Positions 20,737 through 30,099 of a stretch of DNA of 64,000 nucleotides are shown here, in pieces (position 1 is the stretch's first letter; every line of letters starts with the position of its first letter). Source of the DNA: Candidatus Hadarchaeota archaeon (GTDB taxonomy: Archaea; Hadarchaeota; Hadarchaeia; Hadarchaeales; JAGGTB01); contig CAYLJV010000001.1 of the NCBI GenBank assembly GCA_964384105.1, forward strand, positions 96,001 to 160,000, in the 5' to 3' direction. The notes under the pieces are model-generated. The model saw nothing but the letters and a program-made list of their open reading frames with translations, made no database searches and was not told the DNA's origin. The translations under genes and the position numbers were made by a program.

Positions 20737-21162
20737 ATGGACAAAGATGGATTTTTGAAAAAACAGATTCAGAACCTTAACCGTCATTTACCCAAGGGTA
20801 GAGCTACCTTGGCAGATCTTTTAGATCGGGATAAACCTCAGATAGAAAATAGAGATGGTTCTACTCATCGTTTCAAAAGAAAGGAATTAGAATTTTTAGC
20901 TGATCTCATTCCTAAGGAGGAATATCGGCGTCTGAGACTGCCTATTATAATAAGAGTTTCACCCGAGCTTGGTCGTGGTGCTGCAAAAATAACGGGTAAG
21001 ATCGAGAAGGAGATTTTTAAGAAGATCTTAGAAAAGGATGAAGAATTAGATGAGGGTGAACTTTTGGTATATCGGCCAGAAGTGAGAAAGATTAGACAAA
21101 AATTACCTACGACTACTCAATATGCTTTTCTTATATCCTCCAAAAGAGGTGACACTATTTGA
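20737..21162 (+). CDS. DUF61/UPF0216 family protein
   Basis: LNRHLP, RDGSTH, LRLPII and LPTTTQY motifs; commonly follows atpD in archaea. Confidence 0.8.
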   Translation: MDKDGFLKKQIQNLNRHLPKGRATLADLLDRDKPQIENRDGSTHRFKRKELEFLADLIPKEEYRRLRLPIIIRVSPELGRGAAKITGKIEKEIFKKILEKDEELDEGELLVYRPEVRKIRQKLPTTTQYAFLISSKRGDTI

Positions 21163-21461
21163 AAGAAATTTTAAAATCCGAAAACGATGAAGAAAGGATT
21201 ACTCTTTATTTTGTAGGTGTCTCGATAAGCTATGTTGCTATGGTCGGGGGTTTGATAGTCTTTATCATGCTATTAATAGATATTCCTTTACTTGTTTTAG
21301 GTTCCGTTCTCAATGCTTACCTTTCCTCGGCTCTCGGCTTTCTCTTAACCTTCTTGCACAAACCTCTTACAGAAACAGGATTTAGAAAATTCTTTATTTT
21401 TGGAAGTGTTTTTTTCCTTCTCGTATCGATTTTGATGCTCTTTAATTACATGGGATTTTAA
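21159..21461 (+). CDS. Small membrane protein (3 TM)
   Basis: Hydrophobic 100-aa ORF, TTG start after GAGGTG. Confidence 0.65.
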   Translation: MKEILKSENDEERITLYFVGVSISYVAMVGGLIVFIMLLIDIPLLVLGSVLNAYLSSALGFLLTFLHKPLTETGFRKFFIFGSVFFLLVSILMLFNYMGF

Positions 21462-21503
21462 CTGTAGTTTGGATATAGGATCTGAAAGGGGTCAGGAGGT
21501 TTT

Positions 21504-23489
21504 CTAGGCTTCCGTGAGGTTTCTCTTTACTCTGAATGGCGAGAATTTGTTTCCTTCACCTTTGTAGAATTTGTCGAAGAATTCAACGTAGTGAAGCCTT
21601 AATGAATGAACGAATGAGCTGATTAAGTTTATTAAAAGACTGAATATTTGTGTTCCGAGGAAGAGTATTACTCCAAAGATGATTCCTATTACGGGGACCG
21701 GCCAGATCATGTTTACAATTGCGTTGAATGTCAGAGCTAACGAGCTTGTTACCAGTGCCAGAGCCAAAATTCGGGTGTAGGACATTATATTTCCGAGCAT
21801 ACTGAACATTTCCATTATTCCCATTGGCCCCTCGCCCGCAAGTAGCATGAGGAGTGCTATTCCTGAGGCAATTCCTCCTACTACAACTACTGGGAAACTG
21901 AAGGTTATCCAGCCGAAGCCGTGACATACCATTATAGAGGCTCCAGGTATCAATAGTAACCAGGAAAGGCCATCGCCCACCGCTTCTTTCCATTTCTGTT
22001 GCTGAATTTTTTCCCAGAATCCAATTATAACTCCTAGGTATTCATGGAATATTCCAATGAATATCGAAATCAATAGCAGAGGCATCGGGTCTTTTACTGG
22101 ATTGTATATGGCTATGTCTCCGAGGCCCAGATATGTAGTAAGGTCTCCAAAGTAACTGCCTGTGATTATTCCCGTTCCAATAGTTGCGATTGATCCGAGT
22201 ATTAGTATTATCGAGAAATCTTTAATTGTCTTATTTTTTCTACCGAGTCCTCTAAGGAGTGGTATTGATATTGCGAGAGTTAGAGCACCATATGCCACGT
22301 CTGTGAGCATGAGTCCGAAGAATATTATATAGGTGATCGCAAGAAGTGGTGTTGGGTCTATTTCCCCTTTTCCTGGTGGCCCAAAAAGCTCAGTTAATAC
22401 TTCGAAATGTTTGAATATGGATGAATTTTGAAGGAGAGTAGGTGGTTCTTTATCGGGGTTTTTGGGATTCGAAATTTTAGTGTAACCGGTTCCATCTGAT
22501 GCTTCCGTGACTATTTTTTCTATCTCCTCGGTCTCCTTTTTTGGGATCCATCCTTGAATGATCGTGACGGTTTCGGTTTTACAAAATTTGTTAACGACTC
22601 CTGCTCGCTCTTTTTCTATATTCAAAATTTCTCTTGTTATTAGGAGGTCTTTCTTGTGTTTTTGAGAAAATTCCCTAAGTTCTTGCAGACAATTCTCTTT
22701 TTCTTCTTTTTTCTCCTGGAGATTCTTTTCCAATTCTTCTTTAACTTGTTCGGGTTTTCCCCTTTGTCTTGGTAACTTTAGTCCTTCAAAATCATACAAA
22801 CTGAGGAGTTCCGAGACTTTTTCCTTGTATTCAGCCAGTGTCCAAATACAAGCTATTCTTTTTTCTTCGTCTATTTCCCTATCTAAGAGAACTGCTTTCC
22901 CGTCAGTTTTTTCAATGATTTCGTCTTTTAGTTTCGCTAATTTTTCTTTTGATATAATCCCAAAATTGGAGAATACGAATTCAGAAGGTTCAAAAATATC
23001 CAAACTCTCATAGTCAAATTTTTCTAGAAGTTTTACGCTACGAATTTCTTCTCTTATTTCTGCGATACTATTATTTAGGGAGTCTAATTTTTCGTCTAAC
23101 TTATTTATTTTGGAAACGATTTTCTCTACTATTTCTTCCCCGTGTTCGATAACCTCTTCTCTCGATTTTATTCCGACTTTCTCTTTTTCTATTTCTTTCG
23201 GTCTGAGGAAGCTGTTCATTAAGCTTTTAATTTTCTTTGTGGGTGAAGTGCTAGGGGAAGGGAGTTTTTTGAAAGTGTCTAACGCCCTGTTTATCTCCAT
23301 GGTTAAACTCGTTACTTTTCCTAAAGCTGCAGGTGATGATTCTCTTTCTATATCTGTTTCTTTGGCTAATTTCTCATTGATTGACTCTAATTGAACGTTA
23401 CCTTTTTCATGAATAGACCTAACAATCTTCTCTCTCTTTTCTAACGGAGCGATTATATACAACTCCGCCATTTCTGCTGGCTTTAGCAT
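21504..23489 (-). CDS. atpI: A-ATPase subunit I (a)
   Basis: DPTP, FFGLMLTD, SYTRILAL and HSLRLHYVEFF motifs. Confidence 0.96.
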   Translation of the reverse strand: MLKPAEMAELYIIAPLEKREKIVRSIHEKGNVQLESINEKLAKETDIERESSPAALGKVTSLTMEINRALDTFKKLPSPSTSPTKKIKSLMNSFLRPKEIEKEKVGIKSREEVIEHGEEIVEKIVSKINKLDEKLDSLNNSIAEIREEIRSVKLLEKFDYESLDIFEPSEFVFSNFGIISKEKLAKLKDEIIEKTDGKAVLLDREIDEEKRIACIWTLAEYKEKVSELLSLYDFEGLKLPRQRGKPEQVKEELEKNLQEKKEEKENCLQELREFSQKHKKDLLITREILNIEKERAGVVNKFCKTETVTIIQGWIPKKETEEIEKIVTEASDGTGYTKISNPKNPDKEPPTLLQNSSIFKHFEVLTELFGPPGKGEIDPTPLLAITYIIFFGLMLTDVAYGALTLAISIPLLRGLGRKNKTIKDFSIILILGSIATIGTGIITGSYFGDLTTYLGLGDIAIYNPVKDPMPLLLISIFIGIFHEYLGVIIGFWEKIQQQKWKEAVGDGLSWLLLIPGASIMVCHGFGWITFSFPVVVVGGIASGIALLMLLAGEGPMGIMEMFSMLGNIMSYTRILALALVTSSLALTFNAIVNMIWPVPVIGIIFGVILFLGTQIFSLLINLISSFVHSLRLHYVEFFDKFYKGEGNKFSPFRVKRNLTEA

Positions 23490-23491
23490 GT

Positions 23492-23806
23492 TTATTCCTC
23501 TGTTACTTTTTTAATCACAAAATCGATTGCTTCAGGAATGTTTTTTCTTGATTCTTTTTCTAATTTAGAAAGTTCTTCCCCGGCTTTTTTTCTTATTTCT
23601 TCTGCTTTTTCCTCAGCGGATTTTTCTTTCTTTTTCTTTATTTCTTCAACTTTCTCTTTTGCTTCTTCCTTTGCTTTTTTCTTTATTTCTTCGGCTTCTT
23701 CCTTTGCTTCTTTGATTATAATTTTGGATCTTTTCTCAGCTTTTCTGAGGTCTTCCTCTGCCCTTTTTTCAGCTTCTCTAATTTTCCCTATGTCTTTGGA
23801 AACCAA
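23492..23806 (-). CDS. atpH: A-ATPase subunit H (G-like stalk)
   Basis: Glu/Lys coiled coil directly upstream of atpI. Confidence 0.85.
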   Translation of the reverse strand: MVSKDIGKIREAEKRAEEDLRKAEKRSKIIIKEAKEEAEEIKKKAKEEAKEKVEEIKKKKEKSAEEKAEEIRKKAGEELSKLEKESRKNIPEAIDFVIKKVTEE

Positions 23807-24139
23807 TTTTTTGCCTCCTCTCTTCTCTCTTTATATCTTCCAAATAAGTTTTCTTTTTACTTTTTTAACCTTTCTTCTAAAATTTGGGTTAATTTGAAAA
23901 GATTATTTTGATACTTATTTCGCTACTAGCTTTTTCCCGTATGTTATCCTCGAGAGTTGTTTTTAGTTTTGTTTTTCGATATTGTAAGGTACTAGTCTGA
24001 CTGCTAAATGGATAGAATCAAGTTTTTTGAATAAATGCGTTAATTTTTAGTATTTGAATTAGTTATATTAGCTAAGCTTATCATATTTTGCAAGTCCAAT
24101 ATAAATCAGTAAAAGATAAGGTTTTGTGGAGGTGAAACT

Positions 24140-25696
24140 TTGGATAATTCCCCTAAAATCGTCCTTACTGCCGATGAAACCATGATGAGTAAGTATCGGG
24201 GTGGGATTTTCATGGGATTTTCTACTTGTATGCCCCAAGGCATTATCCCTGACTGGCTGTATTTCAGAGTTTTTTCTCCTCCCGTTGATAGAGAGAACAA
24301 AAGGGCAATGTATTGCGATTTGGGCCTTAGAATGATGGAAGCTTCCTTATTGGAAAATGGATTTACGAGAGAGGATGTAGCAGTAGTTCACCCTCATGAT
24401 TTAGATGATATGGTAGGAGACGAAACGGAGATTGTAGCTATAGGTGGCCACGATCTTTTGGGTATTAATCCACCCACTTCTGAATTCGTCGAGCTGGCTT
24501 CTACGGGACCTCCTTACAATAGAATAAAATTTCTGGAACTTTTGGATAAATCCAATTCTAAGGATGTCAATGTGGTTATAGGTGGGAAAAGTGCTTGGCA
24601 AGTAGCAAATGAGAGAATTATGGATGAATTGGGAATAGATTATGTTCATCTAGGTGAGGGTGAAAAAACAGTACCACGAATGTTCAGAAGTATTTTGGAG
24701 GGTGGAAATGTTCCAAGGATATTAGAAGGTGAGGAAATCTCTGTTGAAGAAATCCCTAATATAAGGGGAGGGGTTATCCATGGGCTTGTAGAGATAATGA
24801 GAGGATGCGGAAGAGGATGCCAATTCTGTACTCCTAATATGCAAACTTTGAGACACAAACCTATAGATAAAATTTTGAAAGATGTGAAAGTCAATATTAA
24901 GGCGGGGGAGAACAAACCACTTCTTCATAGCGAGGATATCTTGCGTTATGGAGCTAAGAATATAGAAACAAATGATGAAAAAGTTATAGAACTTTTTGAG
25001 AGAGTGGCGTCTATCGAAGAGGTTACCGCAATGACCTCTAGCCATGTAGCTCTCGCTACGGTCTATCATAACCCTGATTTAGTAGAGAAGGTTTCTGAAA
25101 TTGCAATGTCTTTGCCTGAACAAAAATGGATAGGAGCTCAAATCGGTATTGAAACTGGCAGTCCCCGTTTGATGAAAAAGTATATGCGTGGAAAGACACT
25201 TCCATCTCCACCCGAAAAATGGCCAGAAATAGTCGAACAGGGTCTTGGGATTTTGGAAGATAATGGTTGGGTTGCTGCATGTACTCTGATGAACGGTCTT
25301 CCTGGAGAAACCCGAGATGATGTAATTAAGACTTTGGAGCTTTTAGATGATCTGAAGAACAAAAACTTCTTGATTGTACCATTGAGTTTTGTTTCTATGG
25401 AAGGATCATATCTTTCTGAAGAGAAGTCCTTCCGGGTTAAGGATATGCTTTCCGAACATTGGCAGGTTCTAGGTTGGTGTATGGATCACAATGCAAAAAT
25501 TGCTCGGAAGTTGAAGGATAACTACAACAAAGGTAATCGTATTTATAGTTGGCTTTTCGATCTTTTGATAGAATATTTGATAAAAGGTGCGGAAAAGTAT
25601 TCCAGGGGCATGAAAGAAGGGAATCCACCGAGGGATTACAGTAAGATACAAAAGAATTATACTGTTCCCGAGGTTCTAAGAAAAGATAGGTCTTAG
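24140..25696 (+). CDS. B12-binding-domain radical SAM protein (COG1032-like)
   Basis: GG, GEGE, EIMRGCGRGCQFC, GIETGS and GLPGET motifs. Confidence 0.88.
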   Translation: MDNSPKIVLTADETMMSKYRGGIFMGFSTCMPQGIIPDWLYFRVFSPPVDRENKRAMYCDLGLRMMEASLLENGFTREDVAVVHPHDLDDMVGDETEIVAIGGHDLLGINPPTSEFVELASTGPPYNRIKFLELLDKSNSKDVNVVIGGKSAWQVANERIMDELGIDYVHLGEGEKTVPRMFRSILEGGNVPRILEGEEISVEEIPNIRGGVIHGLVEIMRGCGRGCQFCTPNMQTLRHKPIDKILKDVKVNIKAGENKPLLHSEDILRYGAKNIETNDEKVIELFERVASIEEVTAMTSSHVALATVYHNPDLVEKVSEIAMSLPEQKWIGAQIGIETGSPRLMKKYMRGKTLPSPPEKWPEIVEQGLGILEDNGWVAACTLMNGLPGETRDDVIKTLELLDDLKNKNFLIVPLSFVSMEGSYLSEEKSFRVKDMLSEHWQVLGWCMDHNAKIARKLKDNYNKGNRIYSWLFDLLIEYLIKGAEKYSRGMKEGNPPRDYSKIQKNYTVPEVLRKDRS

Positions 25697-25741
25697 CTTT
25701 AATTTGTGAACAGTTTTTACTCTTAACGTTTCTTTAAATAA

Positions 25742-26353
25742 TTGGATATTATGAATTTCTCTGAAAAAGGTCCAAGGCCTAGATTCGGCGAAAGGGACCT
25801 CTGGAGGGCGTTAGAGTTTATAGAAAAAGAGGGAGAGTTGGGAAGAAAAAGACTTTCAGATAAGCTTGGTTTGGGGGAAGGATCTACTAGAACAATACTG
25901 GAACAGCTAAAGAATAGAGGATTGATAAAGTCTACTTCGACGGGACATTCTCTCACGAAAAAGGGCAAGAAAGAGTTGGATAGAAAGTCGGAAAAGTGTC
26001 TTTTTCTGGATGCTGGTGATCTTACTGTTGGGGAGAGGGATGCCGCAGTTTTGGTACGTGCTGCTGCTACTTCGGTGAGATGGGGAATCGAGCAAAGAGA
26101 TGAGGCGATAAAGGTAGGGGCAGAAGGTGCCACCATCTTGGTATATAAAGACGGGAGTCTTGGTACGCCGGGATTGGATATGGAGGTTGATGAAACTGTT
26201 GAAAAGGAATTGTTAGATTATGTTCATCCTGAAGAAGGTGATGTGATAGTTATCGGCACCTCTGAGGAAAAGAGTATGGCTAAGATGGGAGCTCTAGCAG
26301 CAGCCGAGGCACTCGAATCCGAATCTTCTACCAAGAGGCCTTCTCGTAGCTAA
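25742..26353 (+). CDS. wHTH regulator with C-terminal DUF4443/DUF2111-like domain
   Basis: GRKRLSDKLGLGEGSTRT wHTH and GIEQRDEAIKVGAEGAT. Confidence 0.8.
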   Translation: MDIMNFSEKGPRPRFGERDLWRALEFIEKEGELGRKRLSDKLGLGEGSTRTILEQLKNRGLIKSTSTGHSLTKKGKKELDRKSEKCLFLDAGDLTVGERDAAVLVRAAATSVRWGIEQRDEAIKVGAEGATILVYKDGSLGTPGLDMEVDETVEKELLDYVHPEEGDVIVIGTSEEKSMAKMGALAAAEALESESSTKRPSRS

Positions 26354-26774
26354 ATTTTATGTTATCTTCGTCTTTGAGTTCGTAACTATCTATTCCAGTT
26401 TGTAAAATTTCCCATTTTCTATTTTCTCGATCCAATCTATATACTATCCAATATTCTCCTGCCGACTCATTTTCATGTAAACTATTTATCTCAGTTACGT
26501 ACATTCCCATTCCTGGGTAGTTTATGGTTTCGACAGTTGCTATCCTCTGAAGGGCGTCTATAGCTGTAGCCCCTCTGGTAAGGTGAACTGTATATCTGTT
26601 CTGGTTGTCCTCTGTTTCTATCGTTACTCCTGCGTTTACAATTGTCCAATCTAGTTGATTCACTCTATTTTGCAGGGAGTCTACCTGTACTGCGGTATAA
26701 ATAAGACCTAGTCCCAAGAAAATTACTATGATTACGAGTATCTTCGTTTCTTTGTTCAATTTTTTTATTTCCAC
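26328..26774 (-). CDS. Membrane-anchored DUF4430 (transcobalamin-like beta-grasp) protein
   Basis: N-terminal TM, G-YVTEIN, YW-x2-Y and G-x-DSY-x-LKDED-x-I-x-F-x-Y. Confidence 0.8.
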   Translation of the reverse strand: MEIKKLNKETKILVIIVIFLGLGLIYTAVQVDSLQNRVNQLDWTIVNAGVTIETEDNQNRYTVHLTRGATAIDALQRIATVETINYPGMGMYVTEINSLHENESAGEYWIVYRLDRENRKWEILQTGIDSYELKDEDNIKFSYEKASW

Positions 26775-27445
26775 TCCCTTATTCTTTCCGCTTCTCTCGT
26801 TGCTACGGGAACTCTAACTTTGACTCTGTTCATCATTTTTCCTAGACCCACTAATGGAGGTACGAAGATGAGGGAACCTAAATGATAGAGTGTGAATGGT
26901 ATTTGTGCTATGTAAACTTCGTAGAGTGCGGTTAAAGTGATTGGTCGCCATAGCGCCCAGGTTCCGAACGCGGTAAATACGTCAAAAAATACTATTGCAA
27001 TTGCTGCAGTGAAGGTTGCCTCGACGGCGAGATTGGAGAACTTATCGAAAAACGAAAAATCCTTTTTCATACCTATGATCCAACAAATCAGGAATCCCGG
27101 CCAGGTAAACAGATAAATCGTTCTAAAACCCCAAAAAATCACATCTATTGAGAATACACTTGCTAGTGCCAAGAATCCGAAATACCGATTTATCTTGGAC
27201 CATCTCCTGCTACTACCTGTGTAGAGAGAAAAGGCACCTATGATAACCAATGTTGGAGTTATGAGTTCGATATTTGGTATCGTAATACCTGATAGATAAA
27301 GGAGTTTGCTTACAGCGATTAGGGAAATACCGATTATAACAAATATTTTGAATCTTTTGGCTAGTATCTCATCAGGGTTTTTTCCCCTCCAGAGCTTTCT
27401 AGTCAACCAGAACCTAAACTCGTTAAGTTGTCGTTTTACGTTCAT
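26765..27445 (-). CDS. ECF S-component-like membrane protein
   Basis: About 6 TM segments; PNIE motif after TM1; IPF...H near the C-terminus. Confidence 0.65.
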   Translation of the reverse strand: MNVKRQLNEFRFWLTRKLWRGKNPDEILAKRFKIFVIIGISLIAVSKLLYLSGITIPNIELITPTLVIIGAFSLYTGSSRRWSKINRYFGFLALASVFSIDVIFWGFRTIYLFTWPGFLICWIIGMKKDFSFFDKFSNLAVEATFTAAIAIVFFDVFTAFGTWALWRPITLTALYEVYIAQIPFTLYHLGSLIFVPPLVGLGKMMNRVKVRVPVATREAERIREWK

Positions 27446-27450
27446 TGAAT

Positions 27451-27469
27451 CCTGGATATATTATCCAGG
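27451..27469. promoter_or_regulatory. Perfect palindrome CCTGGATA-TAT-TATCCAGG; candidate operator
   Basis: Lies between a TATA-like box (about 27477-84, minus strand) and the ATG at 27445. Confidence 0.6.
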
Positions 27470-27508
27470 TTAAAATTTAAAAATTATTTGACCCAGTGTT
27501 TGGTCTTC

Positions 27509-28606
27509 CTATCTTCGGGCCGTTCTATTAAAGAGCCAAACACCTAAGAAATAGAGTCCTATCGCAAAAATTGCCAGTATAAGGAGATTTTGTGCTATTC
27601 CCCCTATTCCTGAGCCAAGTAGCATTACTCTTCTTATTGCGTTGTTTGCGTAAGATAATGGGTAGAGATATGCGATGTACTGGACCAGATTTGGCATGGC
27701 TGAGATCGGGAAGAAAACACCGCTTACAAACATAGCCGGTAAGATGACCATCATCGATATTTCAGAGTAAGTGGTTTCGTTTTCAGCGATCGCAGATAAA
27801 ACTAGTCCTATACCTACGGAAGCAATTGTCATTAACAATACTATTATTCCTACTAAGGCCCAAGAGCCGTTCATTGCGACTCCGAAAAGGAGAGAGATAA
27901 AAAGGATTATAATCACGGATCTGATTAGTTGAGTCGCTATCGCAAATGTTGTTTTCCCTGCGATTATGTCATTTGCACTTGCGGGTGTCATGGCCAACCT
28001 ATCAAGAGTACCTTCTTCTTTCTCCCCCGCTAATGCTCTTCCGGTTCCTTGAGCAGCTCCGAAGAAAATCGTCAGCACGATTATTGCTGGAGCCAAGAAA
28101 TCGATATAGTCGAGGTCGCCGTATTGCTCTGAGGCCTTGACTGGGGGTAGGCCTCCCTGAAGTCTATCTGCAATGTTTTTTACCCCCTCCATAACCGAAG
28201 CTCTCACCTGCTGGCTTTTAGTGGGGTCTACCAGTACGGATATTTTTCCACTTTCCAAATTTTTGATAGAAAAGCTTTCGGGCACATAGACTACCGCGTC
28301 GTATTCTCCTTTTTCCATCAGTTCTTTTGCTTCTATTAGTCCTAATTCCGAGTTGACATGTACTTCAAAAAGATCTGAATTTTCCCCCGAGGAGATCATA
28401 GCATTTTGAAACGCAATTGTGTCGGTGGCATTTTGGTTTTCTGTCACTACTAATGTATCGATTCCTGAGACTTGACCACTGAAACCTACTCCAAAGAAAA
28501 ATATCATCATCATTGGAAAAAGAAAAAGAGCGATAACCCGACCTCGAGTTCTTAGTAGGTCCAGCGCATCTTTTTTGAATATCTTTTTGACTCTTCTAAT
28601 ATCCAT
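27509..28606 (-). CDS. ABC-2 type exporter permease
   Basis: EKEEGTL, SGVFFP and PLSYA motifs. Confidence 0.9.
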   Translation of the reverse strand: MDIRRVKKIFKKDALDLLRTRGRVIALFLFPMMMIFFFGVGFSGQVSGIDTLVVTENQNATDTIAFQNAMISSGENSDLFEVHVNSELGLIEAKELMEKGEYDAVVYVPESFSIKNLESGKISVLVDPTKSQQVRASVMEGVKNIADRLQGGLPPVKASEQYGDLDYIDFLAPAIIVLTIFFGAAQGTGRALAGEKEEGTLDRLAMTPASANDIIAGKTTFAIATQLIRSVIIILFISLLFGVAMNGSWALVGIIVLLMTIASVGIGLVLSAIAENETTYSEISMMVILPAMFVSGVFFPISAMPNLVQYIAYLYPLSYANNAIRRVMLLGSGIGGIAQNLLILAIFAIGLYFLGVWLFNRTARR

Positions 28607-29568
28607 TAGTTATCACCGGTCACATGAATGAAGACGTCTTCAAGAGTAGGTTCCAAGACTTCTACTCCTCGAACATCTATCTTTTTCTTAGAGAGAAGCT
28701 GTGGTATCTCATAGAGAGCTTTGCTTCGATTGGCTGTGGCTATCTTTAACCCACCTTCTAATTTCTCGATTTTTTGGACTAGTTTGTGATTCCGAAGTAT
28801 TTCTGTTGATTTTTTTTCTGAGTTGGTGGGTATCAAGACTTTTATAATATCTCCGCCCCCTATCAGACGTTTAAGATTCTTTGCAGTGTCTATTTCCATT
28901 AATTTTCCCTTGTGCATTATTCCGATTCTATCTGATAGGGTGTCAGCCTCTTCCATTATGTGTGTATTAATGAAGATAGTGACACCTTCTTCGTTTAAGT
29001 CCTCTATTAGATTCCAGAGTCTTCTTCTCGTTTGTGGGTCTAGGCCAGTAGTGGGTTCGTCTAGGATCAATAGTTTTGGATGATGTATCAGTCCGGATGC
29101 TAAAGATAATCTTTGTTTCATTCCTCCTGAGAATCCTTTTACTAGACTATCCTTCCTATCCTCGAGATTTACTAGGTCAAGAAGGTCTTCTATTCTTTCT
29201 TTGGTTATTTCTTCAGGAACTCCGTATAGGGCGCCCATCATTTCAAGTGTTTCCTTTGCTGTCAGTTTTTCGTATAGTGACTTTTTTTGAGGGACTATAC
29301 CAACTAGTTTTCTTACTTCCCCCGGGTCTTTTTTTATATCGTAACCATCGAGTTCAACACTGCCTTTGGTTGGAGATTCGAGGGTAGTTATTATTCTTAC
29401 GAGAGTGGTCTTTCCTGCTCCGTTGGGGCCTAAAAGGCTGAATATTTCACCTCTTTTGACGTCGAAGTTTATATTGTCGATTGCAGTGATCTTCTCTCCA
29501 CGAGTTGAGTATATTTTAACTAAATTTCTAATTTTCAAAATATGGTCATTTTTCTTTTTTTTATCCAT
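28606..29568 (-). CDS. ABC exporter ATPase (DrrA-like)
   Basis: GPNGAGKT, FSGGMKQR, LDEPTTGLD and PTLEDVF motifs. Confidence 0.93.
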   Translation of the reverse strand: MDKKKKNDHILKIRNLVKIYSTRGEKITAIDNINFDVKRGEIFSLLGPNGAGKTTLVRIITTLESPTKGSVELDGYDIKKDPGEVRKLVGIVPQKKSLYEKLTAKETLEMMGALYGVPEEITKERIEDLLDLVNLEDRKDSLVKGFSGGMKQRLSLASGLIHHPKLLILDEPTTGLDPQTRRRLWNLIEDLNEEGVTIFINTHIMEEADTLSDRIGIMHKGKLMEIDTAKNLKRLIGGGDIIKVLIPTNSEKKSTEILRNHKLVQKIEKLEGGLKIATANRSKALYEIPQLLSKKKIDVRGVEVLEPTLEDVFIHVTGDN

Positions 29569-29610
29569 CTTCGAGACCCCCTCATTACTAAGCTATTAGA
29601 TCAGAATTTC

Positions 29611-30000
29611 TTATCGAATTTCTTTTTTCAACATTTCCAATAATTCAATAGCTTTTTCTTTTCCAAAGAAATTCTTGTAGACATTTAATGCTCCGAAAAT
29701 CATCTTTTGGGACTTTTCTTCCATTTCTTCTATGCTATTTTTTAGCTCCTCTAGTTTCTCTTCTCCTTTCTCGGTGAGTTCAAAGTATTTCCTGTCTTTT
29801 GGTTTCTTCTCAGTTTTCCTGATGTAACCTTTTTTTTCAAGTCTTTCAAGTGTACCATATATTGTTCCGTAGCTTGGTTCCCAGTGCCCCCCTGATATTT
29901 TTTCTATTCTTTTTAGTATTTCGTAGCCGTATGTGGGTTTCTTGTTCATCATTCGGAGGATCATATATTTCGGAAATATTTTTGGATTTTTCTTTTCCAT
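29611..30000 (-). CDS. PadR family regulator
   Basis: YGYEI, SYGTIYGTLERLE and RKYFELTEKG motifs. Confidence 0.92.
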   Translation of the reverse strand: MEKKNPKIFPKYMILRMMNKKPTYGYEILKRIEKISGGHWEPSYGTIYGTLERLEKKGYIRKTEKKPKDRKYFELTEKGEEKLEELKNSIEEMEEKSQKMIFGALNVYKNFFGKEKAIELLEMLKKEIR

Positions 30001-30039
30001 TTTTTACCGATATCATATAACTGAAAGCTTTTAATAATG

Positions 30040-30067
30040 TTACGGATTGTAATATTACGTCTTGTAA
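30040..30067. promoter_or_regulatory. Tandem TTAC-N5-GTAA boxes; candidate PadR operator
   Basis: TTACGGATTGTAA (30040-52) and TTACGTCTTGTAA (30055-67) in the divergent padR/RND promoter. Confidence 0.55.
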
Positions 30068-30099
30068 TAAAGCTTAATAGTCAATCTTGCTAGGAATAA

